From assembly GCA_958009085.1 (NCBI GenBank), contig OY253674.1, positions 1,116,001 through 1,180,000 of the forward strand: 64,000 nucleotides of DNA, read 5' to 3'. The stretch is from Protoeuglena noctilucae (lineage: Eukaryota). Shown one piece after another: positions 53,298-64,000 of this stretch. The position numbers and the translations under genes are program-made. The stretch's first letter is position 1, and each line of letters starts with the position of its first letter. The notes beneath the pieces are model-generated. The model had not been told where the DNA came from. It did no database searches and saw only the letters and a list, made by a program, of their open reading frames with translations.

Positions 53298-56181
53298 TCA
53301 CCGCCTCGACCGCCGCAAGCACGCGTGCTCCACGACACCGATGCGGACGTCCATGTCCCGGATCTGCGATACGACACGAGGCGATATCAAGATGCGCCTC
53401 ACGCAAGCGCCCAGAGCCAGAGCCCAGGGTGTGATACGCATTGGCTTACCACCAGCTCTTCAACCATCAACCACATATTGCGTGCCTCACCTCTCTCTCC
53501 AGCGTGCGCATGGCCTGCTTAGTGCGGATGAGCGGGCTGGCGTTGGTGTTGGTGCCTCCACGCTCGTCCAGCTGACTGCGGATCTCCTCCAACTGCAGCA
53601 GACAAGGGGATGACACAGGAGTGAGTAATGAGTATGCACACAGTGCGTGCGTGCCACACGAGTGCAGCTGTGTGGGGCACAGAGCCACTCCACAGCCGCA
53701 CCCCACCTCACCTGAACCATGCACAGCTTAAGCCCCGCCGCCCCTCACCTCTGCCTCGCACCGCTGCAGCTCGTTGGTCATTGTCAAAGTCCCTCACCTC
53801 TGCTTCGCACCGCTGCAGCTCGTTCGTCAGCCGCGCCACCTCGTCCGCCGACAGGTTATACCGCTGCCTCGTCGTGTCCAGCCCCTGCCTGGCCGCCCGG
53901 TACTCTCCCCGCAGCGCCTCGAACGTGTCGTTCACGTTGCGCTCCCGCGTCGCCAGCTTGTCCAACTCCTCCGCCAACCTGCATGTTTAAAGGACGCACT
54001 ACTATAGGTTATACCAAACACAAGGACCCGATGCTGTCCCTGCGTCGCCACCCTGCTCATCTCTCTCAGCTACGCCACACGCCCCACGGCCCCTTGTCCT
54101 TTCCGCACCCCCCAGCTACGCCACCATCTCCTCTGTCATGCCCACCCCTAGTAACCCTCACCTCTGGTGCAGCCGGTCCAGAAGCGCCCTCGTCCCCTTC
54201 ATGCCCACCCCTCTCCCACCCTCACCTCTGGTGCAGCCGGTCCAGCAGCGCCCTCGACTCCGGCAGCGCCTTGGACATCTCCCCCGCGTGCCCCGCCGCC
54301 TGGTCGACGTGGGAGCGCCAGTCCCGGGCGTCCGTCGTCAGCCGCAGCTTGGGCGCCTGACGCTCCACCTCGGCGCGCCACCGCTCGGCGTCCACGTTGC
54401 GCGCCGTTAGGATGGCGCGCTCCTCCCGGTCCGGGCCCGGGGCTGCGGCGGAGCAGAGTTACGCAGTTCATGACGCGTGTAAAGTCATCACAACCGCGTG
54501 CTGACAGGGGAGACGTGTGTCAGCCATCGCACCCGCATGCATGTGCGCCATCGCGACGTCCCATGCAGCCCACGAGCGATGCTAAGGGCTGACCAACCCC
54601 TGTCCGACCCAATATCTCCCCCTCTCTCTCACCTTCCTGCTTCTTCCCCAGGCCCGGCAGCCCCCCCGTGCCTCCCAGGGCCGGCAGCGCCAGCTCCCCA
54701 TCGAACGAATCCTCCAAGCCATGCCCCACCACGTCCACCACGTCCGCATCGTCACTCTCCTCCTCCTCCACCACCTCCACCTGCGCACGCGAGGCCGGGA
54801 CAGGGCAGGAGGTGATGTGAACAGGGTCACATGGCTGGATGCTCCTGTCTGCACCTGGAGCCAGTCGCCATAAGCAGCCCTTCTCACATCTCACCTCTCC
54901 TCTAACTCCAATCTTCCTCACACCTCACCTCGTCTCCCCCCTCCTCGGCTCCCCTGATGGGCTGCTCGAGTTTGATCTTGGCTGTCTCAATGGCCAGGTC
55001 CGTCAGCGCGTCCAAGAGACCGCACACGGCGTCGCCCCACGCCTGCTGCATCTTCTGAAGCGTCAAGCCTGCGGGGACGGAGCATCAAAACTACTGCTTA
55101 TGCCGCTGCTGCTGCAGCTGCCCATTTGTTGATGCAGCTGCGCCCTGCACACCCCTCTGCCGCGAGATGCGGCCCCGCAACCACGTTTCGTGTTTCTAAA
55201 AACCCACTCACCCGTGGAGCTGAAGCCTCCGTTGCGCAGGGACGCCTGGATGGCGGCCAGCACCTGGGCTGGGTTGTCGTCGAGCGCCTGCGCAGCAAAA
55301 GGCACCTCGTCACGGTCACCGCGCAGCTCCGGCAAGGCGGAAGCGTTTGCTTCATGAACAAACCACACTTAAGAACGCGGCGTGCGACGGGGGAGGTCAG
55401 AGGGCGCCCGTGGGAGTGCAGGGAGCGGAAACACGCAGACACTCACCGGTTCCGGGGACGCTCCCAGGCCGCAGATGCGCAGGAGCCACAGGACGAGGTC
55501 GACCATGTAATAATAAGCTTGCGTCTGGTCTTGCGGCGAGGCGTGCGGCATCACGAAGCTCAGGCGGTGCAGGGGCTTCTGCGGACGTCGAGCGAGCGGG
55601 GAAATCGCTCGAAGCGCTCGAATCATCTCCCTGGGCCAGGCACAGATAATAGAATCCGAACGCGCAAGCATAAGAGTCGGCCAGCTCGCCTTGACGGGCT
55701 GTGAGGCGCGGCAGAAGGCCTCTTCGTAGCCCAAGAGCTTGAGTTTTTCGACCACGCCCTCCATCAGCACGTCCGCCGGAGCCGCAGGGTCCACGCTGCG
55801 CCCCCCCGACGCCGCCGCTTCCCGCGACTGGATGTCGGCGAGCGCCCCGATGCCGCTCGCGGCCGCGGGTCCCGATTCCTCCCCGGCACCGGGGTCCAAG
55901 GACCGTGAGCTCGCCCCCTCGGCCTTGCTCTTGGGCCGAGAGGCCGTCTTCGTCGGCTTTGGGCGCGCCTGGGATGGATGGGATTGAAGGGACCGCCGTT
56001 CCAGCCAAACCGGGCCCGCAGCTTCCACAGACATGCACTGCCGCGCGGGCATGCCTCGCGCGAGCCCCGGCGGGCCGCCCGCTGGATGTAGCAGGTGTGG
56101 GCAGCATGGAGCATACGAACAACTGCTGGCCTGGCGCAAGTGACGCGGGGCGCCCGGCTTTGAGCGACGTTGAGCGTCCAT
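53298..56181 (-). CDS. IFT57: Intraflagellar transport protein 57 (HIPPI)
   Basis: MEGVVEKLKLLGYE, AYYYMVDLVLWLL, AWGDAVCGLLDALTD, VDAERWRAEVERQAPKLRL...DARDWRSHVDQ, LDKLATRERNVN, ASPLIRTKQAMRTLERE, IRDMDVRIGVVEH. Start codon uncertain. Confidence 0.9.
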
Positions 56182-57978
56182 GCCCACCCCTCGCTACCCA
56201 CCGCGCTCATGGCCGCCCCCGCTCCCCCGCTGTGCCTCCTCGGCGCGTCCTCCTAAGCGGCTTTTCCCAAATTCTCACTCCAGGATCGAGTCTCGGCAGC
56301 CACGGCGTACGTCTACCTCGTGAGCGCAGAGAGGCTCCGGCAGATCACGTCAAGGAGCAAAGCGCGGCCAGCCTTGCAAAGCGGAGCCTTTGCCGCGGAC
56401 CTGGGTAGGGCACTGACGCCGGGCTAACCCGGCAGACGAAAAACGACGGGACCGTCTCCGCAGTCGTCCAGCGTCCAGACTGCACATAATGACGATGTAC
56501 TTGTCACTGCCACCTCACGGCCTCGCCCCGTCATTCCCATGCGAGCGATGTTTGTGCTCTCGAGGGACCGGCCCGGCGCCTGCGGGCCCCGGGCCGGACC
56601 ACCCCGCCGCTGATAACCTGCAGTATAGCACATAGATGTCGCTCTTTGGAGTGCGTTCCCCGGAGTTGGCCGGGAGTGCGCCTTCTGCGCGCGGGAAGAC
56701 GATGGGTCGGCAAGCCCGTTTTCGGTCCGGACGGTCACCCGCGTCCCCGCCCCTGGCGCTTTTCGTCGAGGTCAGTCGCTCGCGCGTGTGGGCGGCAGAG
56801 GAGGGCCGGCGCCGGGGCGTCACGGAGGCCGAGGGCGCCACTGCGTGAGCTTCCCCCTAGGCGAGCCTTGCTGCATGTGATCCGAAGGTCCGCAAGCAAA
56901 CTTCTCTCCCCTCCTCTCCCACAGGAGATGAGGGAACTTTACACGAGACCTTTGTGGACTACACAAGCTTCCGTCGGGTCTTATTCGCTGTGAAGGGGCG
57001 CGCCGCCCGCGCCCCAAGATGGCGAACGAAAACTGGGAAGCTTACGTTCCCCACAATGGCTTCGTGCATGGTACCCTCCATCTCCTGTGGCCGCCGATTT
57101 CCCGCCGCCCTCTTCATCCCCCGGCCTCGTCAACAAGGGACAAAGGCCACGCGACCACGTGAGTGAGTGCATGTGCTCGGCATACGGGCCTGTGGAGGTA
57201 TTCCTCATAAACATGTTAGCGAAGAAGGCAGACATGTCTCACGTGAGTGGCCACGCACGCCGCGGGGCAGCGTAGCGCATCGCACGGTTCGCCGCCGACG
57301 CACTCGCGCAACACCTCTAGCACCGGCTGTGACGTGATGCCTACAACCAACGGTGCATGCAGAGCTACTGGGCACCGAGACCCTCCTTAATCGCGTCGAC
57401 GTCTCGAAGGCGAGGAGGGGCCGGCGTCTGAGACACCGAGAGCCCCCATCAGGTCCGGACCTGATGGACATGCTCATGGCCGTCAGCCGAGTTGCGGCAT
57501 CCGCCCCGCTCGTCCGCCCTCGGCTCCCTTCCAAGAACTCGACATTCAGCTGCTCGAATTTGGCGGTCAGTGTCTTGACGACGGGTTCGCACTCGAACCA
57601 TCACGTCACGAAATGGACGTCGCGTGGTCCGAGGGACCTGTCTTCAAGCCTCTGGCCGTCAAGCTCGCGGGGCTCATCGTTGGGTTCCTGAAAGGGAGGC
57701 GTGTGACGATACGCGGGAGTGGGGCCGTGGCTCGGCTTTCATCGCGACCGTCCGCCCTCGCCAGCGTGCGAACCCGCGAGCCACACCTCGCCTTTCCAAA
57801 ACCTTGGTGAGTGCCGCACGCTCGCGCGTATGCCGTCGTCTATTCCGCGCCCGGATGTGCCTTGATGCGACGCGCGCGCCTGCTATGGACATCTGGCAGT
57901 CTCTTGTTGGCGTGCTCCCATGACATGCGTGTGAGTCGAGCAGTACCCCGCGCCGGCTGCACGCGCGCAATGGCCTAC

Positions 57979-58117
57979 GCCGACTCGACAGTAATGGACT
58001 TGCGAGGTGAAGTGCTCCGCTTGCTGCAGAAAAGAGGGGGAACGGGTCGAGTGTTCCCCCTCTTTTCCGCAACGAGCTAAACAGTTCACCTCCCAGGTGC
58101 ACTATTGTCGAGTCGGC
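57979..58117. ncRNA. Long imperfect inverted repeat (65-bp arms, 9-nt loop), pre-miRNA/hpRNA-like
   Basis: Arms 57979-58043 and 58053-58117 align ungapped as reverse complements, with 53 of 65 Watson-Crick pairs. Expression not shown. Confidence 0.55.
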
Positions 58118-58295
58118 ATGGGACCCGTTCCTCCAGCGGGATATGTCAGGTGTGCAATTGCTGGGGGTTGTTAGTGGGGGGGCCCAAGGTTGCGGGGCGT
58201 GGGCGGGGGGGGGAGCGGAGATGAGGGGGACGTGCCATGGCTGGGTTTGCTGCGGGCTGTGACCTGGAAGACCTCCTCTAACCGGTGACCGGTAG

Positions 58296-58399
58296 GCAGG
58301 TTCCGAGGCTTCGTTACACAGGCGGCTTACGTCACAGCTGGTGACCTCGTGACCCGCTTTGACGGCAAGCCGCCTGTGTTACCCAGCCGTGGAACCTGC
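58296..58399. ncRNA. Second imperfect hairpin (~50-bp arms, very short loop), pre-miRNA-like
   Basis: GCAGGTTCC...ACACAGGCGGCTT...GTGAC-CTC-GTGAC...AAGCCGCCTGTGT...GGAACCTGC, with perfect 9-bp and 13-bp blocks separated by mostly symmetric mismatches. Confidence 0.5.
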
Positions 58400-58849
58400 A
58401 CACCATTTGGGCTCTGTAGGTACCCAGTGTTCTTTGCTGGTGGAGTTTGTGTGCCGAGCGTAACCCGATTAGGCTTTGCGCGGACAGACAGGCTGAAACT
58501 CGTTTTCCTGAGTCCAAATTCCTGAGTCAGAATTACGACCGAGTTCTCCCTCGACTCCACGCCGACGAGGCCAGGAGAGGCCAAAGTATTCCAGCCTTGA
58601 TAATATATGCATGCGATGGCCGCCTCTTAGCGTCGGGGCCGCTCGGGCTACTCCGCAAGGTTGACCGTTAGATGTACCCGCTCGAATGGTAAATCGGCCC
58701 GCTCATTGAGACTATCGATCCTGCAACTGAGCGGTTCCCATCTCGTCTCTCACGCGGGGCCCGCCATCGCGTGACACCGGTCTCCGAGGTTCCTTTGGGA
58801 GCCGCGTGGCCTTGGCGCTGCGTTTGCAGCTCGCTGGGCGACCGGGGAT

Positions 58850-61800
58850 ATGCCCGGGCTCGACGTGCTCGCATCGAACGATGCGCCTGGTTCGGGACAC
58901 GTCTCGTCGCCGGGCGCGTCGCACGACTGCGGTCGCGCGGGGACCGATCACATCTCGGAGAATGCGACCTCGGGGCGGCCATTGAGCGCCGGCCAATCGC
59001 GGATCAGGCGCACCCTCGCAATCGGGGCAGAGACGGACGATCGCAAGGGCCGCGCAGGCCCCTCGGCGCTGATCTCGAGGGTGGGCTCGGCCATGCACGC
59101 CCGTCGGGGCGTGCCTCCCCATTCCCTGGGCGCGCGACACGCGGGCCTGCCCCAGGAGTCGCTGCGGGTCAAGTGCGTCAACTTACAGATGGCCCTCTCC
59201 TCCCGTCGACAGGCCTCGTCGCCCCCTAACGCCTGGTCCGCTCCGTGAGTGCGCCCAACGCCACGCGCCCTGCCGTCTGCCGCGGCCCATGCTCGCCCTG
59301 TGATCCCGTGCCGATTCCCCGCGTCATCCACTCCATCTCCCCGTCATTGATCATCGGTGGCCACCCTGCGCTTGCACCCAGGGAGACGCCGCGCCCGTTC
59401 GACGTGTCTGGCGCGAGCACACCCCGCGACAATGCCGCAAAAGCTCCTCCCCGGAGCAGCCGCGTGCGCGCCGCCATCACCTCGGCGATCCGCAGGGCGG
59501 CGGCCGGCCCTGCATGCAAGGGCCCCCGCCCCACCGACAGCGACCTGGGCACTGCAGTGGCCCAGGCCTTCCCTGCCATCGCCAGCATGCCGGCGAGTGG
59601 CCAGCGCAGCAAAATGCATGACCCCGCGTCCCTTTGTCTTTGCACAGACCGGCCCAGCCCAAACGCCACCCCCGCACTTGCGCCCGAGTGCGAGCCACGT
59701 CTCCCACCCCAACCCACCCCTCGTCTTTCCCTGCAGCCCGCCCAGGCACGAGTCCTCTGCGCCGTGGCGTCCGCGGAGGCGACCCTGCGCGTCCTGGGCA
59801 GCGAGGCCTTCGCCGCTCGCGCGAACCAGGTCCCCCCATCGCCGTCACGCCCAGGGTACCCCCGCCAGGCTCGCCCGGGCCTCCGCCGCTCGCTGTCGTG
59901 GCTGCCGCGCCGGATGGGGTGGGGCGGGGGAGCCGGGGCGGGGCCAGAGGGCGCAGACGACAGCGTTTCCTCGGATGACGGCAGCGACATGTTGGCTGCC
60001 CTGTCGCGCATGCCAGCTGAGCTGATCGGCCTCGTGGCGCAGCGGTCCGTGGGTTGCGTGGACGCCTGGCCCGGCATGACCGGCGCGGACCTGGCGGCGC
60101 TGGCGGGGTGCCCGGGGGTGACGTCGATTGATCTCAAGGGCCGCACCTTCCGGCTGCCACAGCTGGTGCTGGCGGAGCGAGGGCTGCGGATCGCCAACGG
60201 CTGCCTGTGCCTGTCAGGCGCACCCACCACGCTCTCGGACGCGGTGGCTGTTACCAAAGCCATGCCTGGTGGCGGGCCTGGGGACGCGCAAGAGAGCAGA
60301 GGTGCTGACGTGGTGGGTGCGGTGGGGTCCGAGGTGCCCGGGGCTGGGGTGGCGAGCCGCGCCCGCGGGGTGAGCCTCGAGGCGAGGCGGCGGTGGTCGC
60401 TGGAGATCCCACGGGGGGAGGAGGGGACCAACCCTGGGGCCATTGATGCTGGCACTACTCATGTCATCGATACGGGCACCCCTGAGGCCATCGATACGGG
60501 TACCACCCCGGAGGCCATCGATGCCGGGGCTGGCGGGTCGAGCGTCGCGTCAGTCGAGGAGACGGAAGCCGGGCCCTGGGGCCGGTTATTAAGGGCCACC
60601 GAGGAGGCGGGGGCGATAGACACTGCGACCATGGCAGCGCCTGCGAGGTCCGAGGGGGAGGTCGAGATCGACGCTGTGGAGGGGTCTGACGCTTTGCGAA
60701 TGCCAACCATTCCATCGCTGACGGCGACGGGCGCGGCGCCACCCCCCGTCCCCCTGGGCCGGCGGGTGCTGACGCGGTCGGTGACCATCCACCGGCGCGA
60801 CGCAGGCATCCGCCGGGAGGAGGCGCGGCTGGAGCTGGCGGCGGAGGAGGGTGTGGAGCCCCGGGCGGCGTCCGCCACGCCCATGACCCTCTCCCGGCGC
60901 AGGCTAGGTGACGGGCGATGGCGGCGGTGCATTGTGTGTGGACATCTACGGGACCCTGCCTGCACTGTTGGGTTGGAATGACAGGTGGCGGTATCGTGGC
61001 ATCCAAACCGTATCACAGTATGATATTCAAACCACTGCCTGTCTTCCCTGCACGCAGACGACGATGCAGATGCTTGCGTGGACGCGGGCCTGGTCATCCG
61101 CGCCCCCGGGTGCGTCCTGGAGGGCGTGCGCGTGTGCTGCACGCGGGGCTACGCGGTGCTGATCGACGCGGGCGAGCGGCTCGCGGGCCAGGCTCAAAAA
61201 GGGACAGGGCTGACAGCGGGCGCCTCCACCATCGCTTCTGCTGACGCTGACAGCGGCGCGGGGTTGTTTGGGGCGACCGGGGCCCTGCGCAGGTTCGCGG
61301 GGGCGAGGAGCAGCGTGGACGCGAACGAAGTGGAGGTCAGTGTGAGGCAAGAGGGCGAGCGCCCGTGGCAGGGCGGTGATGGCTGGGAGGTGCGGGCGAC
61401 GGGCGAGGTAGTGTCTGGGGTGGGTGCGGATGGGGGGCCGGGCGCGGGTGGGGCGGAGGGGTGGGGCGCGGAGGCGGTGGCGGGGCGCGTGGACGGTGCT
61501 GCGTTTCAGGGCGCAGGGCTTGCGGAGGACTGGGTCGCGCTGCGGGGGTGCACGGTCGAGGGAGGGGAGGGCCGGGGAGTGAGGTGAGGGGTGGCGCAGG
61601 GTGGGTCAAGTAGGTGAAGCAAGTGCGTGCTGGTGACTGAAATGTCTCGGCATGCCACGTTGCTGCTTGGCGGTGTGCATGTCCCATGGACCGACTACTT
61701 GTACCCAAGCAGACCACACCTCGCCTGATCGCTACACCCAGGGTGCACGGGCCGGGCACCCTGGCTCGCCTCACCGACACGTCCATCCTGCGGTGCAACG

Positions 61801-64000
61801 GGACGGCCCTGTCCGTTTCTGGCGGGTCGCGTCTCCACGCCCAGCGGTGCCAGGTGTCGGGCAACGGCAGCGCGGGGGCGGAGGTCTCAGGGCCGGGCAC
61901 CGCAGCGATGCTGGAGCAGGTGAGAGGGCACGGTTATTACGCGATGGACAGTCGCATCATCAACCACATCCATGGCAGCTCTTCGTCTAGATACCGAGCG
62001 CCGCGTTTCGGCTTCTCACCTCGTCAGCACGAGATACATACGGAAGCCAGCCAGCCATTCGCAGCCCAGCGGTCTGCAACCCATTTCGCCCCTGCAGTGC
62101 TTCGTCTCTCACAACGCCAGCGGCCTGCAGGTGTCTTGCGGGGCTTCGCTGGCCCTGCGCGGGGTGGTGGCGGACGGCAACCGCGGCATCGGCCTGAGCG
62201 CCGCGGGGGCGGGCACGCTGCTGGATGCTTCCGACGTGCAAGTGCGGGCGAGCCACCTGCACGGCGTGGAGGTATCGGGCAAGGCACGCGGGCTCCTCAG
62301 GTGACAATGCTGATTCAGTAGTAGTAGTAGTAGTTGTTGTTGTTTGGAGTACCATAGAGTGGAAATAGGCGTGGAGTGTCAGAGAGTGGGCTGCTGTTTA
62401 GGTGACCAGGGAGTGCGACAGCAGACACGCGATCGTTGTCGCACTCGCGGTCTCCACACCCTTACCCCTCCCCGCCCCTCCCCCGCAGCAACTGCACCGT
62501 CTCCCGCAGCCTCGCCTCGGCCGTGGTCTGCTACGGGGGCGCCGAGCTGCGCATGTGGGACTCGATCCTGACGCAGACCAAAGGGTCCGGGGGACTCATC
62601 GCGTTCATGGGAGCACGCGTGGCTTTCCATTCCGTGTGCATCGAGGACGGCGACGGATGCGCGGTGCGGGTGCGGCACGCGGGGACGCGAGTGGACCTGG
62701 AGGGGTGCACGGTGTGGCGCCACCGCCACCGCGGCATCAAGGTGTCGGACGGCGGCGCCCTGTCCCTGCGCCGCTGCGACGTCCGGGACGTGCGGCTGGG
62801 GCACGCGGTAATCGTCACGGGAGAGGGCACCCGCGCGGCGCTGGCGGAGTCGCGGGTGGCCGGGAGCCGGTGCTGCGGGGTGGCGGTGGAGCGGGGCGCG
62901 GGGGTGACGCTCGTGGGGACCGTGGTGGAGCGGTCGGGGAGCCACGCGCTGTGGGTGTCGGGGGTGGGTACCCGGGCGGTCGTGACGGGGAGCGTGCTGA
63001 AGAGCGCGGGGGAGTGCGGGTGCCTGGCGCGCACGAGATGCGTGGTGCAGCTGGCGGGGACGCGCGTCACGGGGGCGGGGGCGTGTGGGGTGCACGTGGG
63101 CGAGAAGGGCGCCATCGTGCAGCTGCGCGAGTGTTTAATAGCCGGCAGCGCGCGGCAGGGGCTGCGTGCGTCGCAGGGGGGTCACCTAGACGTGCGGGAC
63201 ACGGTGGTGGCGCGGAGCGGGGCGGCGGGGGCGGGGGTGGCGGGGCAGCGGGCGCGGGCGCGGCTCGAGGGGTGCGCTCTGACGGACAACGCCGTGAGGG
63301 TGGTGGCGGAGGAGGGGGGACTGGCGGAGGTGGACGGGTGCCGTGTGGCTAGGAGCAAGCGGGACGGCGTGCTCTCCCGGGGACTCTCCTCCACGGTAAG
63401 TGGCGTCACTACCTCATGCTCAAACGGTGATGGTACCCTATTGATACCCTATGCCCTATTGGTACCCTATTGGTTCGCCACGGCATTGCTTGGCTATGAA
63501 CGCGACGGTCCTTGATTGTCATTGTTACTCTCGCAGGTGGCCGTGACCAACTCCGACGTGAGCGACTGCAAGAACGGAGCGGTGGCCGACCGGGGCGGCC
63601 TGCTCCGCGTCTCTAACTCGGTGCTCAGCGGCAATCGGCGTTGCGGAGGGCGAGCCAGCCACGGGGGCCGCCTGGAGCTGTCCGGGCAGTGCCGCGTGAC
63701 GGAGTCGGGCAGGGCAGGCGTGCACGCCGAGCGGGGAGGATCCGCGACGCTGCGGGAGTGCACGGGTGCGGCCGGGGTCGCAAATTAACAGCCTGCTTAT
63801 GATATGCGCCTCGCAGCGTTGGCTTGGGCGCAACGCAGCTAGCAACGAGCTAGCAACGAGTGCAACCGGCGACTCGTGCTTGCAGTGGAGCGGAGCGGCA
63901 GCTGCGGCATCAGCGCGGTGGGCCGCGGCTCCCATCTGACGGCGGAGAGCGGCTCGTTGTTGGGGAACGCGTCGACCATGTCCAAGGACGTCTACTCGAC
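58850..64000 (+). CDS. Right-handed parallel beta-helix (pectin-lyase-fold) repeat protein, runs off the window
   Basis: Many repeats such as LEGCTVWRHRHRGIKVSDGG, LRECLIAGSARQGLRASQGG, LEGCALTDNAVRVVAEEGG and VTNSDVSDCKNGAVADRGG across phase-consistent exons. Start tentative. Confidence 0.8.
60432..60530 (+). repeat. Short coding tandem repeat (P-E/G-A-I-D-T/A-G-T, about 4 copies)
   Basis: NPGAIDAGTTHVIDTGTPEAIDTGTTPEAIDAG, encoded by 21-27 nt repeated units containing CATCGATACGGG. Confidence 0.75.
62318..62344. repeat. Intronic microsatellite (GTA)n(GTT)n
   Basis: gtagtagtagtagtagttgttgttgtt read directly. Confidence 0.85.

Noticed and set aside
57070..57125. SECIS-like ATGAA…AAA…GA on the minus strand
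   Set aside because: Stem pairing is poor and the apical loop geometry does not fit a SECIS.
56636..57166. Two plus-strand ORFs with a GT-AG intron between them
   Set aside because: Splicing at the obvious sites (GC|GTGAGC to CACAG|GAGATGA) gives an immediate stop and there are no recognisable motifs; at most a non-coding transcript.
56300..58850. Possible transposon, telomerase RNA or hammerhead ribozyme in the hairpin region
   Set aside because: I found no transposase/RT motifs, terminal repeats with target-site duplications, CCCTAAA-type template, or CUGANGA/GAAA core.
63430..63860. Short intronic tandem repeats (TACCCTATTG-like at ~63432-63472; GCAACGAGCTA-like at ~63830-63860)
   Set aside because: Ordinary slippage repeats with no link to splice sites and not telomeric.
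1..64000. Numerous long overlapping Arg/Pro/Ala/Gly-rich ORFs in the six-frame track (e.g. 16679-18127, 42855-44048, 59226-60455)
   Set aside because: Stop-poor shadow frames expected at high GC. They overlap better-supported spliced genes and show no domain motifs.

Overview
Eukaryotic, GC-rich (roughly two-thirds GC by eye), gene-dense nuclear DNA with many short spliceosomal introns. The gene set (plastid-type Obg GTPase, AP2 domains, IPC synthase, MEI2-like, IFT57) points to a flagellated green alga; this is inference and the species is not identified. I reconstructed about 19 spliced genes by hand. They include gamma-glutamyl hydrolase, an aromatic amino acid permease, an AlkB-like membrane diiron monooxygenase, IPCS, CMS1-like, Acinus, a KH/WW RNA-binding protein, OBGC2-like GTPase, an AP2-AP2-PHD-GNAT protein, MgtE, MEI2-like, an Sfi1-like protein, a Tweety/prominin-like protein, IFT57 and a beta-helix protein. 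Five observations stand out. (1) A multi-exon KH-WW gene sits on the SAME strand inside a 4.6-kb intron that cuts the Acinus RRM in half, with splice phases that allow a chimeric SAP-KH-WW isoform. (2) About 20 GC-AG introns. (3) Recurrent intronic tandem copies of exon ends together with their splice sites. (4) A cluster of long pre-miRNA-like hairpins at 57.4-58.4 kb, one with arms that differ mostly at synonymous codon positions. (5) An intron-containing AlkB homolog with altered His boxes. Most long ORFs in the supplied track are GC-driven shadows. Exon boundaries and start codons are manual predictions without RNA data or database searches.
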